DNA of 64,000 bases. Origin: Blastocatellia bacterium. Lineage in GTDB: Bacteria > Acidobacteriota > Blastocatellia > UBA7656. How positions within the stretch are numbered: position 1 is the stretch's first letter; every line of letters begins with the position of its first letter. Location: positions 1,321-65,320 of the forward strand of contig DASRIZ010000347.1 of the NCBI GenBank assembly GCA_035649735.1. Reading direction: 5' to 3'. The position numbers and the translations under genes were made by a program. Positions 47,245-56,797 of the stretch are shown piece after piece. The notes below the pieces were generated by a model. The model was given only the letters and a program-made list of their open reading frames with translations, did not search any database and was not told where the DNA came from.

Positions 47245-49317
47245 CTAGGATTGAGATCTTGGCTTCAAGTGGTTGTCGAACCATTCGAGGACCGTGTTGT
47301 ACCATAGTTCCGAGTTTTGCGGCTTGAGGATCCAGTGTCCTTCATCCGGATAAATCAGCAGCTTTGACTCGACGCCCTGGCGCTGCAGCGCGGTAAACAG
47401 CTGCAGACCTTCTCCGACGGGCACTCGATAATCCAGCTCACCGTGAATCACCAGCATCGGCGTCTTGAAGTCTTTCACAAAGGCGTGCGGCGACCACTTC
47501 GCGTACATTTCCGGGTTTGTCCACGGCATACCCTTGAATTCCCACTCAGGAAACCAGAGCTCTTCGGTGGCGCCGTACATGCTCGTCAGATTATAAACAC
47601 CGGCGTGCGAAACAAGCGCGCTGAACTTAACACGAGGGTCTGTGTTGTGGCCTTCTATCCAGTTGACCATGTACCCGCCGTAGCTTCCTCCTGCGGCCCC
47701 GATTCGCTCGCGATCGATGTACGGCATTGCGGCGACGTACGCGACACCATTGAGTATGTCGGCGTAGACCTTGCCGCCCCAATCGCCGGAAATGTCATCG
47801 ACAAACTTTTGACCATAGCCGGTCGATCCGCGCGGATTTGGGGAGAACACTACATATCCGGCTGCTGCAAACAGCTGGGGGTTCCAACGATAGCTCCACG
47901 AATCGTTCCAGGACCCTTGCGGTCCGCCGTGTATCAAAACAATCAGCGGCCACTTCTTTGCCGCGCTGAAATTTGCCGGCTTGGTTATGAAGCCGTGCAC
48001 CCGCGAGCCGACTGCGCCTTCCCACGAGACTTCTTCCGCAGGCTTGAGATTGAAGTCGCCAATAAACGCTTCGTTGGTTTTTGTTAGTTGTGTAATCGCC
48101 GCGCCAATTGAGTTGGCTTTGTAGATTTCAACGGGCTGGGCGAGGCTCTGCCTGGTGAATACCAGCATCTTTCCATCTTTGCTCACCTGCAGATCGTCGT
48201 TGAACCCCTCATTTATTACCTTCTTGCCGGGCCCGCCGCCCAACGGGACTTCATAGATCGGTTGGCGACCTTGATCAAGAGCCGTCAAATAGATCCTCTG
48301 ACCATCTGCGGAGAAGGTGAAGCTTTCGACGGATGAATCGAATTGTTCAGTTAACGAATGGCTTTGCCCGGTCTTTCGATCATAGATCATCAATCGCCAG
48401 CGATCTGCTTCGAAACCTGATTTCGCCTGGGCTCGATACGCGATGTATCGGCTGTCGGGCGAGTACAAAGGCGTCAGATCGTTAGCCGGATTCTCACCGG
48501 TGATGCGCCTGGGTTCGCCGCCGCCAACCGGCACAATGAAAAGATCGCCGTTTGTCGATCTAGCCTCATCCTTGTCGGTGTTGCGCGCAAACGCGAGTTC
48601 TTTTGAGTCGGGCGAGAAGGCATAGTCAACTTGTCCGCCAAGACTAAACGGAGGCGCATCGTAGTCGCCCGGCGTCAGGTCGCGGAATTCGCCGCTGTCG
48701 GCGGAAGCGACAAACACATGAGAACGCTTGCCTTCCTTCCACGAGCTCCAGTGCCGAAACAACAATCGATCGGCGATCTTCGCTTTGACCTTGCTGGCGG
48801 CCGCCTTTTCGGCGCGCTGTTTGTTGCAATCATCGGATTTGCACTCCGGATAAACTTCGGAGGTAAATGCGAGCCACTTTCCATCGGGCGACCAAACCGG
48901 CCCGTCCGCGCCGGTTGATATGTTGGTGATCTTTTTAGGGCTTGTGCTGGTTTCCGACGGTTCGAGGGTCCAGATTTGAGATTCGCCGTCGCGCGCCGAA
49001 ACAAAGGCAAGACGTTTTCCGTCGGGCGACCATCGTGGTGAATGGGATGATTGCTTGTCGTTTGTAAGACCGCGGGGTTCTCCGCCATCGGTGGAGATCA
49101 AATAGATCTGAGTAGTTCGTCTGTTGGCAGCTTTATCGGTATCGGCAATCGTATAGGCTATCCACCGGCCGTCCGGCGAAAGTTGCGGATCCGCCACGCG
49201 CCGGACCTTTAGCAGATCATCAATCGTGAAGAGTCGACCCGGTTGCTGCTCCCTGGCCGCCCCGATCGAAACCAAACACAGAACGATAATAGTAACTAAC
49301 GCGAAGACGCGTCTCAT
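47245..49317 (-). CDS. Secreted S9 family serine peptidase with a TolB-like beta-propeller
   Basis: 690 aa with a signal peptide. WD40-like/PD40 repeats (SPDGKRLAF, SPDGKWLAF), nucleophile GGSYGGYM, and HGELDYRV..DEGH. Confidence 0.9.
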   Translation of the reverse strand: MRRVFALVTIIVLCLVSIGAAREQQPGRLFTIDDLLKVRRVADPQLSPDGRWIAYTIADTDKAANRRTTQIYLISTDGGEPRGLTNDKQSSHSPRWSPDGKRLAFVSARDGESQIWTLEPSETSTSPKKITNISTGADGPVWSPDGKWLAFTSEVYPECKSDDCNKQRAEKAAASKVKAKIADRLLFRHWSSWKEGKRSHVFVASADSGEFRDLTPGDYDAPPFSLGGQVDYAFSPDSKELAFARNTDKDEARSTNGDLFIVPVGGGEPRRITGENPANDLTPLYSPDSRYIAYRAQAKSGFEADRWRLMIYDRKTGQSHSLTEQFDSSVESFTFSADGQRIYLTALDQGRQPIYEVPLGGGPGKKVINEGFNDDLQVSKDGKMLVFTRQSLAQPVEIYKANSIGAAITQLTKTNEAFIGDFNLKPAEEVSWEGAVGSRVHGFITKPANFSAAKKWPLIVLIHGGPQGSWNDSWSYRWNPQLFAAAGYVVFSPNPRGSTGYGQKFVDDISGDWGGKVYADILNGVAYVAAMPYIDRERIGAAGGSYGGYMVNWIEGHNTDPRVKFSALVSHAGVYNLTSMYGATEELWFPEWEFKGMPWTNPEMYAKWSPHAFVKDFKTPMLVIHGELDYRVPVGEGLQLFTALQRQGVESKLLIYPDEGHWILKPQNSELWYNTVLEWFDNHLKPRSQS

Positions 49318-49438
49318 AAAACCCCCTTTGACAACTGCGTTGCTTTGCTATGGATTTCGAGTGAAGCAAACGCGATTCAGCTTGAAAATGATCGCAAATA
49401 GTTAAGCAAGTAGGCTACCGAAGCGACTAAATGAAGTC

Positions 49439-49486
49439 AATAGGTCCTTTAGAAATATAGGTCCGATCGGTCATATAGGTCCTATT
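49439..49486. repeat. ATAGGTCC-family element
   Basis: aataggtcctttagaaatataggtccgatcggtcatataggtcctatt. It ends 3 nt before the esterase stop. Confidence 0.75.
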
Positions 49487-49489
49487 TCG

Positions 49490-50428
49490 CTACGGCTTTT
49501 TTTCCAAGGTCGGACCGGTCAAATTGTGCTTGCTCAGAAAATCTCGAATTGCTGAAAAGGCCCGCACCGTCTGATCGTGGCTGAATCCGCCGTGTTGGCC
49601 GCCGGGAATGGTTACAAGTTGATTGGGAACTCCTGCCTTGTTGAGCGCCTCTTGAAGACGAACTGCGTGGGAGTAAGGCACAACCGGATCTGCATCACCG
49701 TGAATCGTAATGATCGGAGGCAGCCCCGCACGAACGTACGACAGCGGAGAGACGCGACGCGCCACTTCCTCACGATTCGACATCCCGCCGAGCCACGTGA
49801 CTGCGTATTCTTTCATGTTAGCGCCGTCGAGAAGATCGACGACATCAGTGATGCCAAACCAATTTACGATGGCCGCGACTTTCAGCGTTTCGCCGCCCGG
49901 ACACTCGCGATCAAGCCCCGCGGACGACGGCAGCATTCCCGTAGTGAGCGAAAGGTGGCCGCCCGCCGAGTGTCCCGTTACCACCAACTTTGTCGTATCG
50001 AAGTTATATTGCTTGGCGTTTCGCATTACCCAGCGAAGAGCGCAGCGGCAGTCTTCTACCGCTGCTGGAGCGAGCGAGATGCGCGCGAGTCGATACGAAA
50101 CGTTGACCACCGACCATCCGGCTTCGAGGTATGGCAACAATTGAAGCCAGGATGATTCTCTTGCGCCCCCAACCCATCCGCCGCCGTGTATGTAAATCAG
50201 CGTAGGATTCGGCGCGGCTCCCTCGCGAGGCACGATTACGTCGAGCCGCGCCTCCCAATTGTTCGCTGTCAGATAAGTAATATTTGAAACAATACGATAG
50301 CGATTCGATAGATCGGCGGCACGACCCGCCGCTTCCACGGATTGACTCTTCGCCGATTCCGGCGCTCCCAGCGATGATAAGGTCAGGACGGACAGGATCG
50401 ACGCAAGACACACAGATTTCTTGAGCAT
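49490..50428 (-). CDS. Secreted alpha/beta hydrolase (esterase/lipase, HGGG type)
   Basis: 312 aa. Signal peptide, oxyanion HGGGW, nucleophile GHSAGGH, and HGDADPVV. Confidence 0.8.
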   Translation of the reverse strand: MLKKSVCLASILSVLTLSSLGAPESAKSQSVEAAGRAADLSNRYRIVSNITYLTANNWEARLDVIVPREGAAPNPTLIYIHGGGWVGGARESSWLQLLPYLEAGWSVVNVSYRLARISLAPAAVEDCRCALRWVMRNAKQYNFDTTKLVVTGHSAGGHLSLTTGMLPSSAGLDRECPGGETLKVAAIVNWFGITDVVDLLDGANMKEYAVTWLGGMSNREEVARRVSPLSYVRAGLPPIITIHGDADPVVPYSHAVRLQEALNKAGVPNQLVTIPGGQHGGFSHDQTVRAFSAIRDFLSKHNLTGPTLEKKP

Positions 50429-50609
50429 GGAATCTCCTCCCTGGCTTAAGGTGGCGAGATTCTATGCTGAAAGCGGAGGGTTGTAAACGAAGCTGAATGT
50501 GCTACGGTGGACCTCCGCGGAGCGCGGGACGGCTGCCCGAACTTGCACGCTGGGGAGGCGGGCAAGCGTCTGCGCTCCAGGAGAATCCACAAAGCCGACA
50601 GGTAGTTCC

Positions 50610-52568
50610 TTACTTGCCGGCGTCCAAGCCACGTAGATACTTATCGAGAAAGTCCAGAATAGCCTTGTATCCTCTGATCTCGTTAACCTTCTTGGTGAAG
50701 CCGTGACCTTCGTCGTCAAACAAAACGTACTCCACAACGCCGCCTTTCTTCTTGACTGCTGCGACTATTTCGTCGGACTCAGGTTTGATTACGCGTGGAT
50801 CGTTCTTGCCTTGCAACACCATCAAAGGCTTCACGATTTTATCGGAGTGAAAGAGCGGAGAAACGGCTTTAAGCTTCTCACGATCGGTGGTTGGGTCACC
50901 GACTTCCTTGTAAAGCGCCTTGCGGAAAGACTCCCAGTAGGGCGGAATTGATTCCAATGTTCGGAGCCAGTTGGAAATACCAAACAAATCTACGCCTACC
51001 GCAAACTCGTCGGGCTTGAACGCAAGCGCGGCAAGAACCATGTACCCGCCGTAACTTCCGCCCAGGATTCCGATCTTCGATGTGTCGACATAACCGAGCG
51101 ACGCTAGATATTTCTTCGCCTCAACGCAATCCCATAGCGGTTCGCGGCCGTGCTTCTGATCATCGGCGGTGAAAAACGTCTTGCCGTATCCCGAGCTTCC
51201 GCGATTGTTGACTCCCAGAATCACGTAACCGTGGTTTACGAGGTACTGAATTACTCCGCTGTAACCCGTTCGGGTCTGACCACCAGGACCTCCGTGAATC
51301 CACAGCAGCGCCGGGGCCTTCTTCGTAGCGCTCGCCTGATGGGGTTTGTACAGGATGGAGGGGATCTCCATCCCATCAAACGATTTGAAGCGGATTACTT
51401 TTGACTCGACCAGATCGGCCGTGTCGATTTCGGGGTTCAAGCTATCAGTGAGCTTGAGTACCTTTTTTGTCGCGAAGTCGTAGACGTAAAGGTTGCTCGG
51501 CGATCGGGACCCGTTGAAATAGAACGTCATCAACTGCTCGCTCCGGGAAATGTTCACCGAGGTTATGTCCCCTTCAGGAAAAGCCGGCAACGCGATCGGC
51601 TTGCCGGTTGCTGTGTCGTAGATCTTTATCTTTGTGCGCGCGTCTTCATTGACACCCGAGACTCGATACTTGCCGTTGTGCGAAAAATAGGTGAACGCGA
51701 CATCCCAGTTCACTTTTTCAATCGGCTCTTTCTTTCCAGTCGTCAAGTCGTATCGAGCGACATATGAGAATTCGCTTCCTTCGTCGGTTTGGTAATACAA
51801 GTATCTTCCCGCCGGGTCGAAGGCTGCCGGGCTTGAAGCAACGTCGCCCTGGTGCGGGGTTATGTTCTTCATTTCTTTTGTCGCGACGCTGTAAAGATAA
51901 ATGTCTGAATCGGAGGTCGTGCTAGGTTTCGCGAAGGCGATGAATTTACCGTCGCCGGAAATGTCGCCGACCTGATAGCCGACATTGTCCTGATAAACCA
52001 GCGTTCGCGCAAAGCTGGCGGCATCCAGCTTGTAGATATCAAAAAAACGCTGATCGCGCTCGTTGGTGTAAATGTAAAAAGCGCTGCCGTCGCGAGTCCA
52101 ACTGAGGAACTGTGCCTTGAGCTTATCGCCCGGCGTGAGGTCCTTCTCGTGGCCGTTCGCACCAAGTACGTAAATGTGGTTGTTTTCGTTACCGCCCTGG
52201 TCGTGTGTGTACAGGATGCGCGAGTCTTTCGGGAAGTAATCTATGCTGAAAGTACTCTCAGTCGTCGAGCGAGTGAGTTGCTTTGGCTCGCCGCCGCTAA
52301 CCGGAACGCTGTAAACATTGTAGATCCCGCTCTTGTTACTTGAGAATAGGATCGACTTTTCATCCGGTGAGAAAGAGCTGCCTCGGATTGATGTAGTAGT
52401 CAGAAACTGTTCAATTGTGTACTGCTTGACCGCCCGCGTCGGACTGCCTTTTTTGGCGCCCTGGCCAAACGACGGCGCGATTAACGATGCCAACACCATG
52501 AAAACGGCTATAGCCGCTGCAAATCGGGGTTTTCGCTCTGGTAACATATTTCGCAATTTCATAAACAT
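50610..52568 (-). CDS. Secreted S9 family serine peptidase (third paralogue)
   Basis: 652 aa. Signal peptide, propeller region, GGSYGGYM, and QGKNDPRV...DEGHGF. Confidence 0.9.
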   Translation of the reverse strand: MFMKLRNMLPERKPRFAAAIAVFMVLASLIAPSFGQGAKKGSPTRAVKQYTIEQFLTTTSIRGSSFSPDEKSILFSSNKSGIYNVYSVPVSGGEPKQLTRSTTESTFSIDYFPKDSRILYTHDQGGNENNHIYVLGANGHEKDLTPGDKLKAQFLSWTRDGSAFYIYTNERDQRFFDIYKLDAASFARTLVYQDNVGYQVGDISGDGKFIAFAKPSTTSDSDIYLYSVATKEMKNITPHQGDVASSPAAFDPAGRYLYYQTDEGSEFSYVARYDLTTGKKEPIEKVNWDVAFTYFSHNGKYRVSGVNEDARTKIKIYDTATGKPIALPAFPEGDITSVNISRSEQLMTFYFNGSRSPSNLYVYDFATKKVLKLTDSLNPEIDTADLVESKVIRFKSFDGMEIPSILYKPHQASATKKAPALLWIHGGPGGQTRTGYSGVIQYLVNHGYVILGVNNRGSSGYGKTFFTADDQKHGREPLWDCVEAKKYLASLGYVDTSKIGILGGSYGGYMVLAALAFKPDEFAVGVDLFGISNWLRTLESIPPYWESFRKALYKEVGDPTTDREKLKAVSPLFHSDKIVKPLMVLQGKNDPRVIKPESDEIVAAVKKKGGVVEYVLFDDEGHGFTKKVNEIRGYKAILDFLDKYLRGLDAGK

Positions 52569-52718
52569 CTCCTGTCCTTTAATCCGTAACGACTCGGATG
52601 CTGAAGCATTAACAACGCGAGCGGTTTACAACAAAGCGGTTGTACGCACGAGACATCCGCAAGGTTCCTGCCGGCGCCCTCGACCCTGGTCTACTTGAGA
52701 GGTGAGTGAGCCGAGGCG

Positions 52719-54920
52719 CTAATCCTTCACAACTGAAAAATCTATTAAGTGACGGACTTGATCAACGCGGTTCACCGATACCCACACTCGATCGCCAAGC
52801 CGATACTCGCGTCGCGTGCGTTGACCTACCAGCCGATGCTTACGCTCCTGAAAAACGTAAACATCATCGGTAAGAACCGATACATGTACCAACCCTTCGA
52901 TAAAGAACTCGTCCAGCTCGACGTAAAACCCGTACTCCTTGACTCCGGTGATGACGCCGCCGAATTCATCGCCAACGCGATCGACCATGAACGATGCCTT
53001 GCGCCAATCCATCAGTTCGCGTTCGGCATCGGCGGCGGCACGCTCTCGCTCGCTGGATTGATCGCCGATCGCCTCGAACCCGGCGCGAAGCTGGGTTTCG
53101 CGCTCTTCATCGAGCACCGGCAGCGATACGCGTTTCAATGCATGCCTGGCCCCAAAATCGACGTCATTCCAGGAGCCCTTACCCGCCCGCTCGATGACTT
53201 CGCGGAGCACTCGATGAACGATCAAGTCAGGATACCGGCGAATTGGCGAAGTGAAATGGGTGTATGTCTTCATCGCCAGCCCAAAATGTCCTTCATTGTG
53301 GGGCGTGTAGCGCGCGCGTTGCATTGACCGCAGCATCAGGTACGAGAGCATGCGCTCTTCGGGCTTTCCTTGAATCTCGCCCGCGAGCTGCTGAAAGCCA
53401 CGCTGGGGAATGGGACCGTGCATCGAGAACTTATGCCCAAACGACGCGGCGATCTCGGCGAACTCCGCGATCTTCTCCGGGTTCGGCTCTTCGTGAATTC
53501 GGTAGAGCAACGGAACGTCAAGGGATTCAAGATGACCAGCCACCGTTTCGTTTGCCAGCAGCATGAATTCTTCGATCAATCGATGGGCTATGTTGCGCTC
53601 CGACCGCGCGATGCCGCCGATCTGGCCCTCATCGTTGAACCACAATTCGGCCTCGGGCAAATCGAAGTCTATCGCTCCGCGTTTCTCTCTTGCCTTGATC
53701 AGCAAAAGCGTCAGCTCATGCATCTCGAGAATCATGTCTTTGACGTGCGCGTATCTAACCGCTGTCTCACCTTCAGGATTGGTGATGATCTCGTTGACCG
53801 CGGTGTAAGTCATTCGCTCACGGCTATGAATTACTGAAGGAGTCAGCCGATAGTCAACGACCCGTCCGTTTCGGTTAAGCTCAATAAGCGCCGACATCGT
53901 AAGGCGGTCGACTTGGGGCTTGAGAGAGCATATGTCATTGGACAACCGCTCGGGCAGCATCGGGATCGCCCGCTCAGGAAAGTAGACCGAGGTGCCACGC
54001 TCCAACGCCTCTTCGTCGAGAGGGCTTCCTTCGCGTACGTAATAGCTCACATCGGCAATGTGCACGCCCAGAAGAAGTCTTCCGTTTGGTAGCTCCTCCA
54101 GACAGACGGCATCGTCAAAATCGCGAGCGGTCTCGCCGTCGATGGTAATGGTCAGCCGCTCTCGCAGGTCTTCTCTTCCCGCAAGTTGTCCGTCCGTGAT
54201 CTCGGCGGGGATGGCTTCGGCCTGGGCAAGCACGGCTTCCGGAAAAATGTGTGAAAGACGATGTTTTCTGATGATGATTTCCAGATCGATGCCGGGCTGT
54301 TCGGGCCGTCCGAGAATCTCGATTACTCGACCCCACGGGCGCTGTCCGGCGATTGGAGGCCTGTTGATCTCTACGTTGACGATGTCCCCGTCATTCGCGC
54401 CCCCTGAATCCGCTGTAGGTATGCTGATCTCGTACAGAAGTCGTTCCTCGATTGGAGTGACAAAGGTCTCGGATTTGAGGCGTACAAATGTTCCAATGAT
54501 CGTTCGATTTGCGCGATGCAACACAGCTTCGACGCGGCCCTCGCGCCCACGTTCGCGCGCGCCGGTCACCCGAGCGATCACAATGTCTTCGTGCAAACCG
54601 GCGCCCATCGCGCGAGCGTTAACAAAGAGGTCTCCCCTCTCACGCTCGCTGGGGTCCTCCGGCACAACAAACGCGTGACCCGAACGAGTGCCCCTAAGCG
54701 TACCGATCAGAAACCCGGGAGCGTGTTTACGCCAGTAGCGTCCCCCTTTAGCGGCTGCGAGCCCGGCACGAACAAACTCTTTCAGGAATGCTTCAGCCTT
54801 CTCCCTTTGTGATTCAGAAAGGTGTAGGGCTTCGGCGAGGCGATCTGCGGTGATAGCTCGCTCTCGAGACTTTGGGAGCACTTGAAGAAGTTTTTGCGGC
54901 GATAAGCCTGTTGTGACCAT
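52719..54920 (-). CDS. rnr: Ribonuclease R
   Basis: 733 aa. N-terminal HTH/cold-shock-like region, RNB catalytic domain (DFDDAV, HFTSPIRRYPDL), and a C-terminal S1 domain (GVITGVKEYGFYVELDE). Confidence 0.93.
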   Translation of the reverse strand: MVTTGLSPQKLLQVLPKSRERAITADRLAEALHLSESQREKAEAFLKEFVRAGLAAAKGGRYWRKHAPGFLIGTLRGTRSGHAFVVPEDPSERERGDLFVNARAMGAGLHEDIVIARVTGARERGREGRVEAVLHRANRTIIGTFVRLKSETFVTPIEERLLYEISIPTADSGGANDGDIVNVEINRPPIAGQRPWGRVIEILGRPEQPGIDLEIIIRKHRLSHIFPEAVLAQAEAIPAEITDGQLAGREDLRERLTITIDGETARDFDDAVCLEELPNGRLLLGVHIADVSYYVREGSPLDEEALERGTSVYFPERAIPMLPERLSNDICSLKPQVDRLTMSALIELNRNGRVVDYRLTPSVIHSRERMTYTAVNEIITNPEGETAVRYAHVKDMILEMHELTLLLIKAREKRGAIDFDLPEAELWFNDEGQIGGIARSERNIAHRLIEEFMLLANETVAGHLESLDVPLLYRIHEEPNPEKIAEFAEIAASFGHKFSMHGPIPQRGFQQLAGEIQGKPEERMLSYLMLRSMQRARYTPHNEGHFGLAMKTYTHFTSPIRRYPDLIVHRVLREVIERAGKGSWNDVDFGARHALKRVSLPVLDEERETQLRAGFEAIGDQSSERERAAADAERELMDWRKASFMVDRVGDEFGGVITGVKEYGFYVELDEFFIEGLVHVSVLTDDVYVFQERKHRLVGQRTRREYRLGDRVWVSVNRVDQVRHLIDFSVVKD

Positions 54921-54933
54921 TTCGATCTTGAAT

Positions 54934-55018
54934 GTGCGATTTGCGATCTAGATATGTGAATCTAGGCTTCTTGCTCGCCAATCTCAATCGAAAATCGGCA
55001 ATCGCCAATCGGAAATTC
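54934..55018. repeat. GAAATCG-family heptamer array with a short inverted partner, in the divergent rnr / tRNA spacer
   Basis: gtgcgatttgcgatctagat...gccaatc tcaatcg aaaatcg gcaatcg ccaatcg gaaattc. The period-7 units span 54976-55017. Confidence 0.7.
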
Positions 55019-55019
55019 A

Positions 55020-55049
55020 TTGACACTGTTTGCGAGCGCTCGTTACTAT
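55020..55049 (+). promoter_or_regulatory. Putative sigma-70-type promoter for tRNA-Leu (TTGACA-N18-TACTAT)
   Basis: TTGACA at 55020-55025 and TACTAT at 55044-55049, ~35 nt upstream of the tRNA 5' end. Confidence 0.3.
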
Positions 55050-55083
55050 ATTTTCGCTTCGTTTGAATGCAATGCCCGATCAT

Positions 55084-55169
55084 GCGGATGTGGCGGAATG
55101 GCAGACGCGCAGCGCTCAGGACGCTGTGGGAGCAATCCTGTGGAGGTTCAAGTCCTCTCATCCGCACCA
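55084..55169 (+). tRNA. tRNA-Leu (anticodon CAG), type II with a long variable arm; CCA is encoded
   Basis: Acceptor GCGGATG/CATCCGC. Anticodon stem CAGCG/CGCTG with loop CTCAGGA. Variable arm TGGGAGCAATCCTGTG, T-arm GAGGTTCAAGTCCTC, and a terminal ACCA. Confidence 0.93.
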
Positions 55170-55182
55170 ACCTTCTGATGCA

Positions 55183-55208
55183 GCGTAGACTGTCCAGTCT
55201 GCGCTCAG
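55183..55208. repeat. Solo copy of the 26-nt head of the 4434-4623 tandem repeat
   Basis: gcgtagactgtccagtctgcgctcag is identical to the three heads at 4434, 4490 and 4546. It lies 14 nt after the tRNA CCA end. Confidence 0.9.
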
Positions 55209-55315
55209 CGACCACGACAGGCTGACCACGCATAGACTAAACTACACTACTTGCAAGATCGGAGTTTCGGTTACTAGATTTTGCCTCGCCTCCGACTTGT
55301 AGCCCGGTAACACAA

Positions 55316-56710
55316 GTGCTCTCAATTCGCGCAAAACTGACTCTCTGGTACTTCGGCCTCGCAGCATTGGTGTTGGCGGCCTTCGCCGTCGCTATCTACT
55401 TCTATTTCTCACGCGGTTTGATAAACACGATCGATGCGTCGCTGAGAAATCACGCGGAGCGAATCGCTCAGGCGGTGGGTCACCCGTCGACTATCGACGA
55501 GCCCGGAAACCCGGGGGGACTCATTCTAGCGCCCCAGTTCGTATCGGTGCTTAACCGAGATGGCCAGGTCACCGATCAGATCACCGACGCCGAAGGTCAC
55601 GAGGTCCCGGTAATCAAATTAGCCCTCGAACGCGCTACGACGGAATGGAAGCCTCAGTTCGACGAGGCATCGCTTTCACCCACCGAGCACGTCCGCATCA
55701 TCACCTGGCCCGCGCGCGATGAAGAGGGCGAAACGTTTTTCGTCGTAGTCGGTCAATCACTCAGAGACATTCAGCCCGTCGAGAAACAATTGGTGTTTCT
55801 GCTAGTGGTCGCAAATCCGCTTGCACTTCTACTGGCAAGCCTCGGCGGTCTCTGGCTCGCCAATAAAGCGCTGAGTCCGGTCGATCGACTGACGCGCGCC
55901 GCAGAGCGCATTGGTCGCGGAAACTTGAGTGAACGTGTCGAGGAGCATCGCTCTCAAGACGAAATCGGCAGATTGGCCGCGACTTTCAACCAGATGATTG
56001 GCCGTCTCGAACAAGCTTTCGAACGCGAACGCCGCTTTACGGCAGATGCTTCGCACGAGTTGAAGACGCCTCTGGCGGTTCTTCGCGGCGATATCGAAGT
56101 GGCCCTGCGACGGGAGCGCACACCCGATGAGTATCGACGGGTACTTCAGTCCAGCCTGGAAGAAATCGCGCGGCTCACCAAGCTGACGGAAGACCTGTTG
56201 ACGCTCGCGCGATCGGACGCCGGCGAGTCGGTACTCGATCTGGAGCAGGTGCAACTCGACCAGCTCGCATCCGACGCGAGACTGTTCATCGCGCCGCTGG
56301 CCGAGTCGGCAGGCGTCGCATTGACCTATGATGCGCCGACATCACCGATTGTAATCGAAGGTGACCAGAAACGGCTCAAACAACTGCTGGTGAACCTGAT
56401 GGATAATGCGATCAAGTATACGCCGGCTGGAGGCAACGCCAGACTTTCTCTTTCAGTGAAGAACTCAAGCGCGGTGATTGAAGTGTCCGACAGTGGCCGA
56501 GGTATCCCTGGTTCATCCCTCCCGCACATCTTCGAGAGATTCTATCGGCAGACCGATCCTCGAGACTCACGAGTGTCCGGATTCGGGTTGGGTTTAGCGA
56601 TCTCAAAATGGATTGTCGATGCGCACGGAGGCTCGATTGAGGCCGATAGCACCGAAGGCCGCGGTTCAACGTTCACAGTTCACCTGCCGCTCGCTCGAGC
56701 AGACTCTTAA
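55316..56710 (+). CDS. Sensor histidine kinase (2 TM, HAMP, HisKA, HATPase_c) with no adjacent response regulator
   Basis: 464 aa with a GTG start. H-box FTADASHELKTPL, N-box LMDNAIKYT, and G-boxes DSGRGI and GFGLGLAI. Confidence 0.88.
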   Translation: MLSIRAKLTLWYFGLAALVLAAFAVAIYFYFSRGLINTIDASLRNHAERIAQAVGHPSTIDEPGNPGGLILAPQFVSVLNRDGQVTDQITDAEGHEVPVIKLALERATTEWKPQFDEASLSPTEHVRIITWPARDEEGETFFVVVGQSLRDIQPVEKQLVFLLVVANPLALLLASLGGLWLANKALSPVDRLTRAAERIGRGNLSERVEEHRSQDEIGRLAATFNQMIGRLEQAFERERRFTADASHELKTPLAVLRGDIEVALRRERTPDEYRRVLQSSLEEIARLTKLTEDLLTLARSDAGESVLDLEQVQLDQLASDARLFIAPLAESAGVALTYDAPTSPIVIEGDQKRLKQLLVNLMDNAIKYTPAGGNARLSLSVKNSSAVIEVSDSGRGIPGSSLPHIFERFYRQTDPRDSRVSGFGLGLAISKWIVDAHGGSIEADSTEGRGSTFTVHLPLARADS

Positions 56711-56797
56711 GATGCCGCCGTTTCGTGACCAAATTCAGATTCGACACTCGCCGCACCGGCATGCCAGAATCAATAGTCGAGGTTGTTGTAGGATTTC

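Noticed and set aside
54814-55233. 139-aa minus-strand ORF
   Set aside because: It runs antisense straight through the tRNA-Leu gene, the heptamer array and the promoter region. It is an artefact of ORF calling.
55084-55260. tRNA-Leu followed by a repeat, as the att site of an integrated island
   Set aside because: The repeat does not include the tRNA 3' end. No integrase or foreign-looking genes flank it; rnr lies on one side and a histidine kinase plus the lpt-rpoN block on the other. The repeat's other copies lie in an ordinary promoter region.
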